From contig NC_000962.3 of assembly GCF_000195955.2 (NCBI RefSeq), forward strand, positions 3,330,001 to 3,362,000: a stretch of 32,000 nt of DNA. Reading direction: 5' to 3'. The stretch is from Mycobacterium tuberculosis H37Rv (GTDB taxonomy: Bacteria > Actinomycetota > Actinomycetes > Mycobacteriales > Mycobacteriaceae). Below are positions 6,799 through 18,804 of this stretch, piece by piece. A program made the translations under genes and the position numbers. A model generated the notes under the pieces. That model searched no databases, had not been told where the DNA came from, and saw nothing but the letters and a program-made list of their open reading frames with translations. Numbering within the stretch: the first letter of the stretch is position 1; each line of letters opens with the position of its first letter.

Positions 6799-7917
6799 GT
6801 GCAGGCCCACGCCGCGGGCCAATGTCGTCTCGATCATCGTCGCCAGCAGGGTCGGATAGTCGACACCGCTGGCCGCCCACATCCGCGGGTACATCGAGAT
6901 CGTGGTGAATCCCGGCATCGTGTTGATCTCGTTGATCACCGGACCGTCGTCGGTGAGGAAGAAGTCCACCCTGGCCAGACCCCGGCAGTCGATAGCCGCG
7001 AACGCCCGGATCGCCAGCTGACGAATCGCCTCTGCGACCTGGTCATCGACCTTGGCGGGCACGTCCAATTCGGCTGCGTCGTCGAGATACTTGGTTGCGA
7101 AGTCGTAGAAAGAGTCCTCGCGTCCCCGCACCCCGGCCACCCGGATCTCCCCCAGCGTGCTGGCTTCCAGTGTGCCGTCCGGCATTTCGAGCACACCGCA
7201 TTCCAGCTCGCGGCCGCTGATCGCGGCCTCGACGATGACCTTAGGGTCATGCCGGCGGGCCCGCGCGACCGCGGCGGGCAGTTGATCCCAACTCGACACC
7301 CGGCTAACACCGATCGACGAGCCGCCTCGGGCGGGTTTGACGAACACCGGTAAGCCCAGCCGTTCGCACTCCTGGCGGTGCAGTGTCGACCGCGGCGGAC
7401 GCAGCACCGCGTACGCACCCACCGGAAGTCCATCGGCGGCGAGCAGCTTCTTGGTGAACTCCTTGTCCATGCCGACGGCACTGGCCAGCACACCGGCGCC
7501 CACGTAGGGCACCCCGGCGAGTTCGAGCAGTCCCTGGATCGTGCCGTCCTCGCCGTACGGGCCGTGCAGTACCGGGAACACCACGTCGACCGACTCCAGA
7601 ACCTCGCCGGCCCCGGGCGGCAGCGACACCAACTGGCCACCACGCCGCGGATCGGCCGGCAGCGCCAGCTCGGTGCCCGATCCTGATTTGACCTGAGGAA
7701 GCTCCCGGTTGGTGATCGTCAGGGCGTCGGGGTTGGCGTCGGTGAGCACCCACGAACCTGCCGGGGTGATACCCACCGCGATCACGTCGAACCGCCGCGA
7801 GTCCAGGTTGCGCAGGATGCTGCCGGCGGACACACACGAGATGGCGTGCTCGTTGCTGCGCCCGCCGAACACGACGGCAACGCGGACACGCCGATCACGC
7901 CGGTCGTTAGCACTCAC
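6796..7917 (-). CDS. ddlA: D-alanine--D-alanine ligase
   Basis: A 373-aa ORF with the ATP-grasp Ddl pattern ([42 protein letters not shown]). It starts with GTG. Confidence 0.96.
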   Translation of the reverse strand: MSANDRRDRRVRVAVVFGGRSNEHAISCVSAGSILRNLDSRRFDVIAVGITPAGSWVLTDANPDALTITNRELPQVKSGSGTELALPADPRRGGQLVSLPPGAGEVLESVDVVFPVLHGPYGEDGTIQGLLELAGVPYVGAGVLASAVGMDKEFTKKLLAADGLPVGAYAVLRPPRSTLHRQECERLGLPVFVKPARGGSSIGVSRVSSWDQLPAAVARARRHDPKVIVEAAISGRELECGVLEMPDGTLEASTLGEIRVAGVRGREDSFYDFATKYLDDAAELDVPAKVDDQVAEAIRQLAIRAFAAIDCRGLARVDFFLTDDGPVINEINTMPGFTTISMYPRMWAASGVDYPTLLATMIETTLARGVGLH

Positions 7918-7994
7918 AACCTGCAGAGGCTACCGGGTCAGGCAGACGGGCTCCCACGAGCTGCAGTTTTCGGTCGTGCCGGCCCGTGCGAGGC

Positions 7995-8999
7995 TCATTC
8001 GGGCTTGGTGCGGCGACCCAGCAGCAGCGTTATCGCCTCGTCCACCGACAGCCCTTTATGACAGACCCGATGCACCGCGTCGGTGAGTGGCATTTCGACG
8101 TCGTAGCTGGACGCCAGCGCGAGCACGGATTCGCACGACGTCACGCCTTCGACGACATGACAAGCCTTGCCCGCCGACTGCAACGTTTCGCCCCGGCCCA
8201 GGCGTTCGCCAAACGATCGGTTGCGCGAACGCGGTGAGGTGCAGGTGGCCACCAGATCACCGACCCCTGCCAGACCGGCCAACGTCGCGCCGTTGGCGCC
8301 GAGCGCCGTCCCGAGCCGGATGATCTCCGCCAGGCCCCGGGTGATGATCGCGGCCGCGGTGTTTTCGCCCAGCCCGATGCCCACCGCCATTCCGCACGCA
8401 AGCGCGATGATGTTCTTGCACGCCCCGCCGATCTCGGTGCCGACGACATCGGCGTTGGTGTAGGGGCGGAAGTACCCGCTGTTCAGCGCGCGCTGCAAGG
8501 CAACCGCGCGGCCGGAGTCGCTGCACGCGACGACGGTAGCGGCGGGCTGGCATTCGGCGATCTCGCTGGCCAGGTTGGGTCCAGAGATCACCGCGACCTG
8601 CGGCGGCTCGGCACCGGTCACCGAGATGATGACCTGGCTCATCCGCATCAGGGTGCCCAACTCGATGCCCTTGGCCAGACTGACCAAGGTCGCACCCTCG
8701 GGCAACAGGGGAGCCCACCGCTCGAGATTGGCCCGCATGGTCTGCGCGGGCACTCCCAACAGCACCGTGGATGCGCCCCCAAGTGCCTCCTCGGCATCTG
8801 CGGTGGCATGAATGCTCGGTGGTAACAGCGCACCGGGCAGATAGTCGGGGTTATATCGGGTGGTATTGATCTGATCGGCCACCTCAGCTCGCCGCGCCCA
8901 CAGCGTGACCTCTCCGCCCGCGTCGGCCAGCACCTTAGCCAGGGCCGTGCCCCATGCACCGGCGCCCATCACCGCGACGGTGCTTGCTATTCCGGCCAT
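7995..8999 (-). CDS. gpsA: NAD(P)H-dependent glycerol-3-phosphate dehydrogenase
   Basis: It has a Rossmann motif ([14 protein letters not shown]) and GpsA family similarity throughout. It is 334 aa from ATG 8999, and an alternative ATG lies two codons upstream at 9005. Confidence 0.93.
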   Translation of the reverse strand: MAGIASTVAVMGAGAWGTALAKVLADAGGEVTLWARRAEVADQINTTRYNPDYLPGALLPPSIHATADAEEALGGASTVLLGVPAQTMRANLERWAPLLPEGATLVSLAKGIELGTLMRMSQVIISVTGAEPPQVAVISGPNLASEIAECQPAATVVACSDSGRAVALQRALNSGYFRPYTNADVVGTEIGGACKNIIALACGMAVGIGLGENTAAAIITRGLAEIIRLGTALGANGATLAGLAGVGDLVATCTSPRSRNRSFGERLGRGETLQSAGKACHVVEGVTSCESVLALASSYDVEMPLTDAVHRVCHKGLSVDEAITLLLGRRTKPE

Positions 9000-9012
9000 C
9001 CACACACACTAA

Positions 9013-9762
<750 letters not shown>

Positions 9763-9853
9763 CCGGGACGGGGCAACGCCGGCGAGGCATCCAGGGGGTG
9801 AACGGCAGACCAACGGCGAACGGATGCCTGCCGAGTGCTGGCAACCCCACCCA

Positions 9854-12082
9854 ATGATGAGCAATGATCGCAAGGTGACCGAAATCGAAAACAGTCCCGT
9901 CACAGAGGTGCGGCCAGAGGAGCATGCGTGGTATCCAGACGACTCGGCGCTGGCGGCACCGCCCGCTGCCACCCCCGCCGCGATTAGCGACCAGCTACCC
10001 TCGGATCGCTACCTGAACCGGGAGCTGAGTTGGCTGGACTTCAACGCGCGCGTGCTTGCCCTGGCCGCCGATAAGTCGATGCCATTGCTCGAGCGCGCCA
10101 AGTTTCTGGCAATCTTCGCGTCCAATCTCGACGAGTTCTACATGGTCCGGGTGGCCGGCCTCAAACGCCGCGACGAGATGGGGTTGTCGGTGCGCTCCGC
10201 CGACGGTCTAACACCGCGCGAACAACTAGGCCGGATCGGCGAGCAGACTCAACAGCTCGCCAGCCGGCATGCCCGGGTGTTCCTCGATTCGGTGCTACCC
10301 GCGCTCGGCGAGGAAGGCATCTACATCGTCACCTGGGCCGATTTGGATCAGGCTGAGCGCGACCGATTGTCGACCTATTTCAACGAACAGGTCTTCCCCG
10401 TCCTGACCCCGCTGGCCGTCGATCCCGCCCACCCGTTCCCGTTTGTCAGCGGGTTGAGCTTGAACCTGGCGGTCACGGTACGCCAACCTGAAGACGGCAC
10501 CCAGCATTTCGCGAGGGTCAAGGTGCCCGACAACGTCGACCGCTTCGTCGAACTCGCTGCACGTGAGGCCAGCGAGGAAGCTGCGGGGACCGAAGGCCGG
10601 ACCGCGCTGCGGTTCCTGCCGATGGAGGAGCTGATCGCGGCCTTCCTTCCGGTGCTTTTCCCGGGTATGGAAATCGTCGAGCACCACGCATTTCGCATCA
10701 CTCGCAACGCTGACTTCGAGGTTGAAGAGGATCGCGACGAGGACCTACTGCAGGCGCTCGAGCGAGAACTGGCCCGCCGCCGGTTCGGTTCACCGGTGCG
10801 ACTCGAGATCGCAGACGACATGACCGAGAGCATGCTGGAGTTGCTGCTTCGCGAACTCGACGTGCATCCCGGTGATGTCATCGAAGTGCCCGGGCTGCTC
10901 GACCTATCGTCGTTGTGGCAGATCTACGCCGTGGACCGCCCGACGCTTAAGGATCGGACATTCGTCCCAGCTACCCATCCCGCCTTCGCCGAGCGGGAAA
11001 CACCCAAAAGCATCTTCGCGACGCTGCGCGAAGGCGATGTGCTGGTTCACCATCCGTATGACTCGTTCTCCACCAGCGTGCAGCGATTCATCGAACAGGC
11101 CGCGGCCGACCCCAACGTGCTGGCGATCAAACAGACGCTGTACCGCACCTCCGGCGACTCGCCGATCGTCCGGGCGCTGATCGACGCCGCCGAAGCCGGA
11201 AAGCAAGTGGTGGCACTGGTCGAGATCAAGGCACGCTTCGACGAACAGGCCAACATCGCCTGGGCGCGCGCACTAGAACAAGCCGGCGTGCATGTGGCGT
11301 ACGGGCTCGTCGGGCTCAAGACGCACTGCAAGACCGCCTTGGTGGTGCGCCGCGAAGGTCCGACAATCCGGCGGTACTGCCATGTCGGCACCGGCAATTA
11401 CAACAGCAAGACAGCACGACTCTACGAGGACGTCGGACTGCTGACCGCTGCACCCGATATCGGCGCCGACTTGACCGACTTGTTCAATTCGCTCACCGGC
11501 TACTCACGCAAGTTGTCCTACCGCAACTTGTTGGTGGCCCCGCACGGAATCCGCGCCGGCATCATTGACCGCGTCGAGCGGGAGGTCGCGGCGCACCGTG
11601 CAGAGGGTGCCCACAACGGCAAAGGCCGCATCCGACTCAAGATGAATGCCCTTGTTGATGAGCAGGTCATCGATGCGCTGTACCGCGCGTCGCGAGCCGG
11701 TGTGCGGATCGAGGTGGTGGTACGCGGCATCTGCGCGCTGCGTCCAGGTGCGCAGGGCATTTCGGAAAACATCATCGTGCGCTCGATTCTCGGCCGCTTC
11801 CTCGAGCACTCGCGGATCCTCCATTTCCGTGCCATCGACGAGTTCTGGATCGGCAGCGCCGACATGATGCACCGCAACCTCGACCGGCGAGTCGAGGTTA
11901 TGGCTCAAGTCAAAAACCCGAGGCTGACCGCGCAGCTGGACGAATTGTTCGAATCCGCACTGGACCCGTGCACCCGGTGCTGGGAGCTCGGGCCCGACGG
12001 GCAGTGGACCGCGTCGCCGCAAGAAGGCCATAGCGTGCGCGACCATCAGGAATCGCTGATGGAACGGCACCGCAGCCCCTGA
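9854..12082 (+). CDS. ppk1: polyphosphate kinase 1
   Basis: 742 aa from ATG 9854, with PPK1 family similarity along its full length ([17 protein letters not shown], two PLD-like C-terminal domains, and HxK-type motifs around [11 protein letters not shown] and FLEHSRI). Confidence 0.96.
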   Translation: MMSNDRKVTEIENSPVTEVRPEEHAWYPDDSALAAPPAATPAAISDQLPSDRYLNRELSWLDFNARVLALAADKSMPLLERAKFLAIFASNLDEFYMVRVAGLKRRDEMGLSVRSADGLTPREQLGRIGEQTQQLASRHARVFLDSVLPALGEEGIYIVTWADLDQAERDRLSTYFNEQVFPVLTPLAVDPAHPFPFVSGLSLNLAVTVRQPEDGTQHFARVKVPDNVDRFVELAAREASEEAAGTEGRTALRFLPMEELIAAFLPVLFPGMEIVEHHAFRITRNADFEVEEDRDEDLLQALERELARRRFGSPVRLEIADDMTESMLELLLRELDVHPGDVIEVPGLLDLSSLWQIYAVDRPTLKDRTFVPATHPAFAERETPKSIFATLREGDVLVHHPYDSFSTSVQRFIEQAAADPNVLAIKQTLYRTSGDSPIVRALIDAAEAGKQVVALVEIKARFDEQANIAWARALEQAGVHVAYGLVGLKTHCKTALVVRREGPTIRRYCHVGTGNYNSKTARLYEDVGLLTAAPDIGADLTDLFNSLTGYSRKLSYRNLLVAPHGIRAGIIDRVEREVAAHRAEGAHNGKGRIRLKMNALVDEQVIDALYRASRAGVRIEVVVRGICALRPGAQGISENIIVRSILGRFLEHSRILHFRAIDEFWIGSADMMHRNLDRRVEVMAQVKNPRLTAQLDELFESALDPCTRCWELGPDGQWTASPQEGHSVRDHQESLMERHRSP

Positions 12083-12149
12083 CACTGCGTGGTGATTCCC
12101 GCTGCTGCACCGACCACATCCACGACCGCGAGCAGCCTGGCCGAATTGA

Positions 12150-13117
<968 letters not shown>

Positions 13118-13118
<1 letters not shown>

Positions 13119-13169
13119 CACACGGATACCCTTCGTCACATTGCCACCGTGCAAAGGGTATCCGTGTGT
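13118..13169. terminator. 16-bp-stem hairpin between convergent mutT1 and hupB (candidate bidirectional terminator)
   Basis: acacacggataccctt (13118-13133) pairs perfectly with aagggtatccgtgtgt (13154-13169), with a 20-nt loop. It begins inside the mutT1 stop codon and ends 6 nt before the hupB stop. Confidence 0.55.
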
Positions 13170-13175
13170 CTTGAC

Positions 13176-13820
13176 CTATTTGCGACCCCGCCGAGCGGTT
13201 GCCTTCTTGGCGGGAGCCTTGGTAGCCGGCCGCTTGGCCGCTGCCTTCTTTGCCGGCGCCTTGGTCGCCGCCTTACGCACCGATGCCTTGACCGCGGTCT
13301 TCTTCACCGCCTTGGTCACCTTCTTGGCGGGTGACTTCGTGGCCTTGACAGCTTTCTTGGCGGGCGCCTTGGTCGCCGCTTTCTTGGCGGGCGCCTTGGT
13401 CGCCGCCTTCCTGGCGGGCGCCTTGGTCGCCGCCTTCTTGGCGGCCTTTGTCGCCTTCTTGGCAGGTGCCTTCTTCGCTACCTTCTTGGCTGCACTGGCC
13501 CCCACACCACGCTTAACAGCGGGTCCTTCTGCCGGGAGACGCTGCGCGCCAGACACAACCGCTTTGAATTGCGCGCCCGGGCGGAACGCCGGCACCGACG
13601 TCGGCTTCACCTTTACTGTCTCGCCGGTACGCGGATTGCGGGCCACTCGAGCCGCGCGGCGACGCTGTTCGAACACACCGAACCCGGTAATGGTGACGCT
13701 GTCGCCTTTGTGTACCGCACGCACAATCGTGTCAACGACATTCTCGACGGCGGCGGTCGCCTGCCGACGGTCCGAGCCCAATTTCTGTGTGAGCACGTCA
13801 ATGAGCTCTGCTTTGTTCAT
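13176..13820 (-). CDS. hupB: nucleoid-associated protein HU with a histone-H1-like Lys/Ala/Pro-rich C-terminal tail (HupB/MDP1)
   Basis: A 214-aa ORF. The N-terminal 90 aa are the HU fold ([41 protein letters not shown]), followed by PAKKA(A/T)K repeats. Confidence 0.97.
13354..13434. repeat. three in-frame 27-bp tandem repeats inside the hupB tail-coding region, flanked by degenerate copies
   Basis: ttcttggcgggcgccttggtcgccgc(t/c) recurs at 13354, 13381 and 13408 with 1-2 substitutions. It encodes the KAPAKKAAT-type units. Confidence 0.9.
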
Positions 13821-14032
13821 CCCAACCCTCCGAAACCAGTGGTCCTCGTTTGGAACCGACTAGTGGACACGGTAAACCCTTACCCGGCTGATTTCCAAGA
13901 GCCACGCGCAATTTCACTGAGCCAACGACCGGTTTTTCGCAATCCGGTTGCCGCCCTTGACCGGTGGCGCGGCCCCAAAATGGCTCAGGTTCTGCCGGCG
14001 GGTCACGCTGAAATTTCGCCCGGTTCTACGCC

Positions 14033-14629
14033 TCAGGGGGCGGGTAGAGTGCGCGGTTTCCAGTACGCGCACGCACCCTCAAAGGCCTCGATCTCGTCGA
14101 GTTTCCGCAGCGTAAGGGCTATATCGTCGAGACCTTCAAGCAGCCGCCACGCCGAGTGGTCGTCAATCTTGAACGGCAGCACCACTGTTGCTGCGGTGAT
14201 AATTCGATCTTGAAGATTGGCAGTGATTTCCAGGCCCGGACTCTGCTCAATGAGCTTCCACAGGAGTTCCACATCGTCTTGGGCAACCTCGGCCGCCAGC
14301 AGCCCGGCCTTGCCCGCGTTGCCGCGGAAAATGTCACCAAATCGGGATGAGATAACCACCCGGAATCCGTAGTCCATGAGCGCCCAGACCGCATGCTCTC
14401 GCGAGGATCCGGTGCCGAAATCGGGCCCGGCAACCAGGACCGAACCCCGGTCAAAGGGACTGAGGTTTAGCACGAATGCAGGATCCGACCGCCAACCCGC
14501 GAACAAGCCGTCCTCGAAACCGGTTCGGGTGACCCGCTTCAGAAAGACCGCGGGAATGATCTGATCGGTGTCGACATTGGACCGCCGCAACGGCACGCCA
14601 ATACCAGAGTGGGTGTGAAAGGCTTCCAT
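14033..14629 (-). CDS. leuD: 3-isopropylmalate dehydratase small subunit
   Basis: A 198-aa ORF with the LeuD pattern ([33 protein letters not shown]). Confidence 0.96.
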   Translation of the reverse strand: MEAFHTHSGIGVPLRRSNVDTDQIIPAVFLKRVTRTGFEDGLFAGWRSDPAFVLNLSPFDRGSVLVAGPDFGTGSSREHAVWALMDYGFRVVISSRFGDIFRGNAGKAGLLAAEVAQDDVELLWKLIEQSPGLEITANLQDRIITAATVVLPFKIDDHSAWRLLEGLDDIALTLRKLDEIEAFEGACAYWKPRTLPAP

Positions 14630-14653
14630 GCTGATCCCCTAGCTGTTCTCAGT

Positions 14654-16075
14654 TCAATTCAAATCGGCCGGGCTGGACAGTGTGCCGCGAACCGCGGTGG
14701 CGGCCGCCACTGCTGGGGACACCAAATGTGTGCGGCCGCCCGCGCCCTGCCGCCCTTCGAAGTTGCGGTTGGACGTCGCGGCGCAGCGCTCCCCGGACGC
14801 CAGCTGATCGGGATTCATGCCCAGACACATCGAGCATCCCGCCTGCCGCCATTGCGCGCCCGCGTCGGTGAAGATCTCACCGAGCCCTTCGGCCTCGGCC
14901 TGCGCGCGTACCCGCATTGAGCCCGGAACGATCAGCATCCGCACGCCGTCGGCCACCTTGCGGCCACGCAGCACTTCGGCGACCACCCGCAGATCTTCAA
15001 TGCGACCGTTGGTACACGACCCGACGAACACGGCGTCGACCGCGATGTCGCGCATCGCGGTTCCGGGTCGAAGGTCCATGTACGCCAATGCTTTCTCGGC
15101 GGCCTGCCGCTCGGCGTCGTCGGTCATCAGTTGCGGATCTGGCACCGCGGCCGCCAGCGGTACCCCTTGGCCTGGGTTGGTGCCCCAGGTGACAAACGGG
15201 CTCAACGACGCGGCGTCGAGATACACCTCGGTGTCGAAAACGGCGCCGACGTCGGTGCGAAGCCGTTGCCAGTAGACGAGTGCGGTGTCCCACTGGGCAC
15301 CGGTGGGTGCGTGCGGACGACCACGCAAGAACGCGTAGGTGGTTTCGTCCGGAGCCACCATGCCCGCACGAGCGCCGGCTTCGATGCTCATGTTGCAGAT
15401 CGTCATCCGGCCTTCCATGGACAGCGATTCGATGGCGCTGCCCCGGTATTCGATGACATGCCCCTGGCCGCCGCCGGTGCCGATCTTGGCGATCAACGCC
15501 AGGATGATGTCCTTGGCCGACACACCGTCGGGCAGCCGCCCATCGACGTTGACCGCCATGGTCTTGAACGGCCGCAGCGGCAGCGTCTGGGTGGCCAGCA
15601 CGTGCTCGACCTCCGACGTACCGATGCCCATCGCCAACGCGCCGAATGCGCCGTGGGTTGAGGTGTGGCTATCGCCACAGACGATCGTCATTCCCGGCTG
15701 GGTGAGACCCAATTGCGGTCCGACGACGTGCACGATGCCCTGCTCGATATCGCCCATTGAATGCAGCCGGATTCCGAATTCGGCGCAGTTTCGGCGCAAC
15801 GTCTCCACCTGGGTGCGTGACACCGGGTCGGCGATCGGCTGGTCGATGTCGACGGTGGGCACGTTGTGATCCTCGGTGGCGAGGGTGAGCTCGGGCCGCC
15901 GCACCCGGCGCCCGGCCAGGCGCAGGCCGTCGAACGCCTGCGGGCTGGTGACCTCATGCACCAGATGCAGATCGATGTAGATCAAGTCGGGCGCACAGCC
16001 CCCGCCTGATACCACAATGTGGTCGTCCCAAATCTTCTCGGCCAGTGTGCGTGGCTCGCCGGTCTGCAAGGCCAT
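14654..16075 (-). CDS. leuC: 3-isopropylmalate dehydratase large subunit
   Basis: A 473-aa ORF of the aconitase family, with Fe-S ligand motifs ([22 protein letters not shown]). Confidence 0.96.
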
Positions 16076-16146
16076 CTCGAAGTGCCTCTATTCATTCGTT
16101 CGCGACTCGCTGGTCATCTCAAAATACGAGACGCTATGATCTCTTT
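16076..16146. promoter_or_regulatory. 71-bp divergent control region between leuCD and the IclR-type regulator gene
   Basis: A TATGAT hexamer lies 6 nt upstream of the regulator GTG (16147), which suggests a leaderless mRNA. On the other strand TATTTT is a -10 candidate, and GAGG lies 10 nt before the leuC ATG. Confidence 0.4.
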
Positions 16147-16848
16147 GTGAGACAGCATAGCGGTATCGGTGTCCTCGACAAAGCCGTTGGCGTGCTGCAC
16201 GCGGTCGCGGAATCTCCCTGCGGACTGGCCGAACTCTGCGATCGAACCGACCTGCCCAGGGCCACCGCATACCGGCTGGCGGCCGCGCTGGAGGTGCATC
16301 GCCTGCTGGGGCGCGGCCAGGATGGCCACTGGCGGCTCGGTCCGGCCATCACCGAACTCGCGACCCATGTCGACGATCCACTGCTGGTGGCGTGCGCGGC
16401 GGTACTGCCTCAGCTGCGCGACGCCACCGGCGAAAGCGTGCAGGTATATCGCCGCGAGGGAACGTCGCGGGTCTGCGTGGCCGCATTGGAACCAGCTGCG
16501 GGCCTTCGCGATACGGTCCCGGTCGGGGCACGGTTGCCGATGACCGCGGGCTCGGGCGCCAAAGTGTTGCTGGCCCACACCGACGCCGCCACCCAAGCGG
16601 CCGTATTGCCAAAGGCGGTGTTCAGCGCCCGAGCGCTGGCCGAGGTGTGCCGGCGCGGCTGGGCGCAAAGCGTGGCCGAACGCGAGCCTGGCGTGGCGAG
16701 CGTGTCGGCGCCGGTGCGCGACGGCCGGGGCGTCGTGATCGCTGCCATCTCGGTGTCCGGCCCGATCGACCGGATGGGCCGCCGCCCGGGGGTCCGATGG
16801 GCCGCCGACCTGCTGTCCGCGGCGGACGCGCTCACCCGACGGCTCTAG
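16147..16848 (+). CDS. IclR-family transcriptional regulator (LtbR-like, adjacent to leuCD)
   Basis: 233 aa from GTG 16147. It has an N-terminal winged HTH (GVLDKAVGVLHAVAESPCGLAELCDRTDLPRATAYRLAAALE) and a C-terminal IclR effector domain. Confidence 0.88.
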   Translation: MRQHSGIGVLDKAVGVLHAVAESPCGLAELCDRTDLPRATAYRLAAALEVHRLLGRGQDGHWRLGPAITELATHVDDPLLVACAAVLPQLRDATGESVQVYRREGTSRVCVAALEPAAGLRDTVPVGARLPMTAGSGAKVLLAHTDAATQAAVLPKAVFSARALAEVCRRGWAQSVAEREPGVASVSAPVRDGRGVVIAAISVSGPIDRMGRRPGVRWAADLLSAADALTRRL

Positions 16849-16858
16849 CCGCGTTGTG

Positions 16859-17785
16859 CTACATCGGTTCGACCGCGATCACATAGTCATTGCCGTGCCA
16901 CAGACCGTCTTGCCGCTCGTTGAGCTGCAATGCCCGAGCGCGCAGTTCTTCCACATAGGCACGCATTGCCATGCCAAGCCCGTTGGAGGAGAATCGCTCG
17001 ATTCGGGCCAAGCACATGTTGAGTTGGCCGTTCACGTAGCGAGCTCGGTAGCGGATGGGGAAGCGGCGCGCTTCAAGAATGCGAAAGCCCGCAAGGCCCA
17101 GTCGCCCCAGCATCCAGTCCAGCGGGAACTCTCGGTACGGTCGTTCGCCGGCAAGCAACAGGCAGGCGTCGCGCACGCGACCGATTTCCCAGATGATTTT
17201 GCCACTTTCGGTTTCCGGCTCGAATTGCACGTAGGGCTCCAAGCCGACTAGGTAAAGACGACCATGATCGGCGAGATGCGGGCGCAACCGCTCGAACACG
17301 CGGTCCTGCCAGTACGGGGCGAAGCCTTCGATGGCCCCGACCAGGTAGTCGACCAAGATGGTGTCGAACGTCTCGCCGGCAAGAAGGCTGTCGTCTACCC
17401 AGTTGCCGACGAGCAGGCGGTCCTGCGGGCGCATGGCGCTACCCAACGCGGCGCGGGTCTTGTCCGCCAGGCTGCGGGCGGCCGTGACCGCCGTCCAGCG
17501 CTCGGTCGGCAAAGTCTGTATCCACTGAAGCGATTTCACACCGGTACCGGCATCCAAGACAGTGCCCCAGGGTCTTTCGCCGTGCACGCCTTCGATGTAG
17601 CGGAACAAGGATGAGATCCCGGCCCTCAGTATGTACGAGCGACCGTGGCGGGCGTGTAGGTCTTCGATGTGGCGGATCAGGGCTGCGATCTTGGGCATTT
17701 CGGCCCAGGTCACACACATCGCAGACGTCCATGCGGCCGGTTCGGCCGAGCGCGGTATCGCGGCGCCGGCTTCAGACCCTGCCAA
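16859..17785 (-). CDS. hypothetical protein with a class-I SAM-methyltransferase-like core; start codon uncertain
   Basis: Up to 308 aa. There is a motif-I-like VLDAGTGVKS and a later FDTILVDYLVGAIE, and the codon bias is good. Alternative ATG starts lie at 17719 and 17698. Confidence 0.6.
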   Translation of the reverse strand: MAGSEAGAAIPRSAEPAAWTSAMCVTWAEMPKIAALIRHIEDLHARHGRSYILRAGISSLFRYIEGVHGERPWGTVLDAGTGVKSLQWIQTLPTERWTAVTAARSLADKTRAALGSAMRPQDRLLVGNWVDDSLLAGETFDTILVDYLVGAIEGFAPYWQDRVFERLRPHLADHGRLYLVGLEPYVQFEPETESGKIIWEIGRVRDACLLLAGERPYREFPLDWMLGRLGLAGFRILEARRFPIRYRARYVNGQLNMCLARIERFSSNGLGMAMRAYVEELRARALQLNERQDGLWHGNDYVIAVEPM

Positions 17786-17981
17786 CCGAGCGATCGTCGT
17801 GGGTGCTTCCTCGGAGTAACCACTGTGATGTCTTCCTCACGGCTGAAGCTGGCGGACTACCGATGAACCGACCCACCGAAACTCTATAGCAAACGATATT
17901 CATTTTCAAACTAGGCACCGCGAGCGTCACTGGGGTGGCGACGACGCGCTACCGGCGGAGCCTTGCTGACACACTGACGCC

Positions 17982-18473
17982 ATGGGAACCAAACAGCGCG
18001 CCGACATCGTCATGTCCGAGGCTGAAATCGCCGACTTCGTCAACTCGAGCCGTACCGGAACGCTGGCCACCATCGGACCCGACGGCCAGCCGCACTTGAC
18101 GGCGATGTGGTATGCCGTGATCGACGGCGAAATCTGGCTGGAGACCAAGGCCAAGTCGCAGAAGGCCGTCAACCTCCGACGGGATCCGCGGGTGAGCTTC
18201 CTGCTTGAAGACGGCGACACCTACGACACGCTGCGCGGCGTGTCGTTCGAGGGCGTTGCCGAGATCGTCGAGGAGCCCGAGGCGCTGCACCGCGTCGGGG
18301 TCAGCGTGTGGGAACGCTACACCGGCCCCTACACCGACGAGTGCAAACCGATGGTCGACCAGATGATGAACAAGCGGGTCGGTGTGCGCATCGTGGCCCG
18401 TCGGACCCGCTCGTGGGATCACCGCAAGCTGGGGCTGCCACACATGTCGGTGGGTGGCTCGACCGCCCCGTAG
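17982..18473 (+). CDS. PPOX-class (pyridoxamine-5'-phosphate-oxidase-like), probably F420/FMN-dependent enzyme
   Basis: A 163-aa ORF. The sequence TLATIGPDGQPHLTAMWY..GEIWLETKAKSQKAVNLRRDPRVSFLLEDG is typical of the split-barrel flavin/deazaflavin-binding family. Confidence 0.85.
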   Translation: MGTKQRADIVMSEAEIADFVNSSRTGTLATIGPDGQPHLTAMWYAVIDGEIWLETKAKSQKAVNLRRDPRVSFLLEDGDTYDTLRGVSFEGVAEIVEEPEALHRVGVSVWERYTGPYTDECKPMVDQMMNKRVGVRIVARRTRSWDHRKLGLPHMSVGGSTAP

Positions 18474-18481
18474 CTGCCCGG

Positions 18482-18539
18482 CGAGCAGACGCAAAATCGC
18501 CCATTTCGAGACGAAATTGGGCGATTTTGCGTCTGCTCG
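18482..18539. terminator. very long, near-perfect hairpin (27-bp stem, one bulge, 3-nt loop) between convergent transcription units
   Basis: cgagcagacgcaaaatcgccca+tttcg (18482-18508), loop aga, then cgaaa+t+tgggcgattttgcgtctgctcg (18512-18539). It lies 9 nt after the PPOX gene stop and 8 nt beyond the tRNA-Glu 3' end. No T-tract follows on either strand. Confidence 0.5.
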
Positions 18540-18546
18540 GCAGTTG

Positions 18547-18619
18547 TAGCCCCGATGGGATTCGAACCCACGCTACCGCCGTGAGAGGGCGGCGTCCTAG
18601 GCCGCTAGACGACGGGGCC
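18547..18619 (-). tRNA. gluU: tRNA-Glu (anticodon CUC)
   Basis: Hand-folded cloverleaf from the reverse complement: GGCCCCG UC GUCUAGCGGCCUAGGAC, anticodon stem CCGCC/GGCGG with loop CUCUCAC, and T arm GUGGG-UUCGAAU-CCCAU. The acceptor 3' strand is CGGGGCU and the discriminator is A. CCA is not encoded. Confidence 0.9.
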
Positions 18620-18658
18620 GGAACCGATCCGAGCTGCCAGCATAGCTCACGCCTTGTG

Positions 18659-18730
18659 CTGGGGTACCAGGACTCGAACCTAGAATGGCTGAACCAGAAT
18701 CAGCTGTGTTGCCAATTACACCATACCCCA
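18659..18730 (-). tRNA. glnU: tRNA-Gln (anticodon CUG)
   Basis: The reverse complement UGGGGUAUGGUGUAAUUGGCAACACAGCUGAUUCUGGUUCAGCC..GGUUCGAGUCCUGGUACCCCAG folds as a cloverleaf. The anticodon loop is UUCUGGU. Confidence 0.9.
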
Positions 18731-18804
18731 TGGGCTGCCTAAAACCGCTGCCGCCAGCTGTTATGGGCCGACGTGCAGACTACCAAAGATTCGCCACACA
18801 AGGC

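Noticed and set aside
13821-14032. Looked for an iron-box (IdeR-type) palindrome in the hupB upstream region
   Set aside because: I could not recognise a convincing 19-bp TTAGG..CCTAA-type palindrome by eye. I make no claim without a matrix scan.
17870-17925. A locally AT-rich patch (..gaaactctatagcaaacgatattcattttcaaactagg..) between the methyltransferase-like gene and the PPOX-like gene
   Set aside because: It is most simply the shared promoter region of two divergent genes. I could not identify an ORF, repeat or structured element, so I noted it only as ordinary regulatory DNA.
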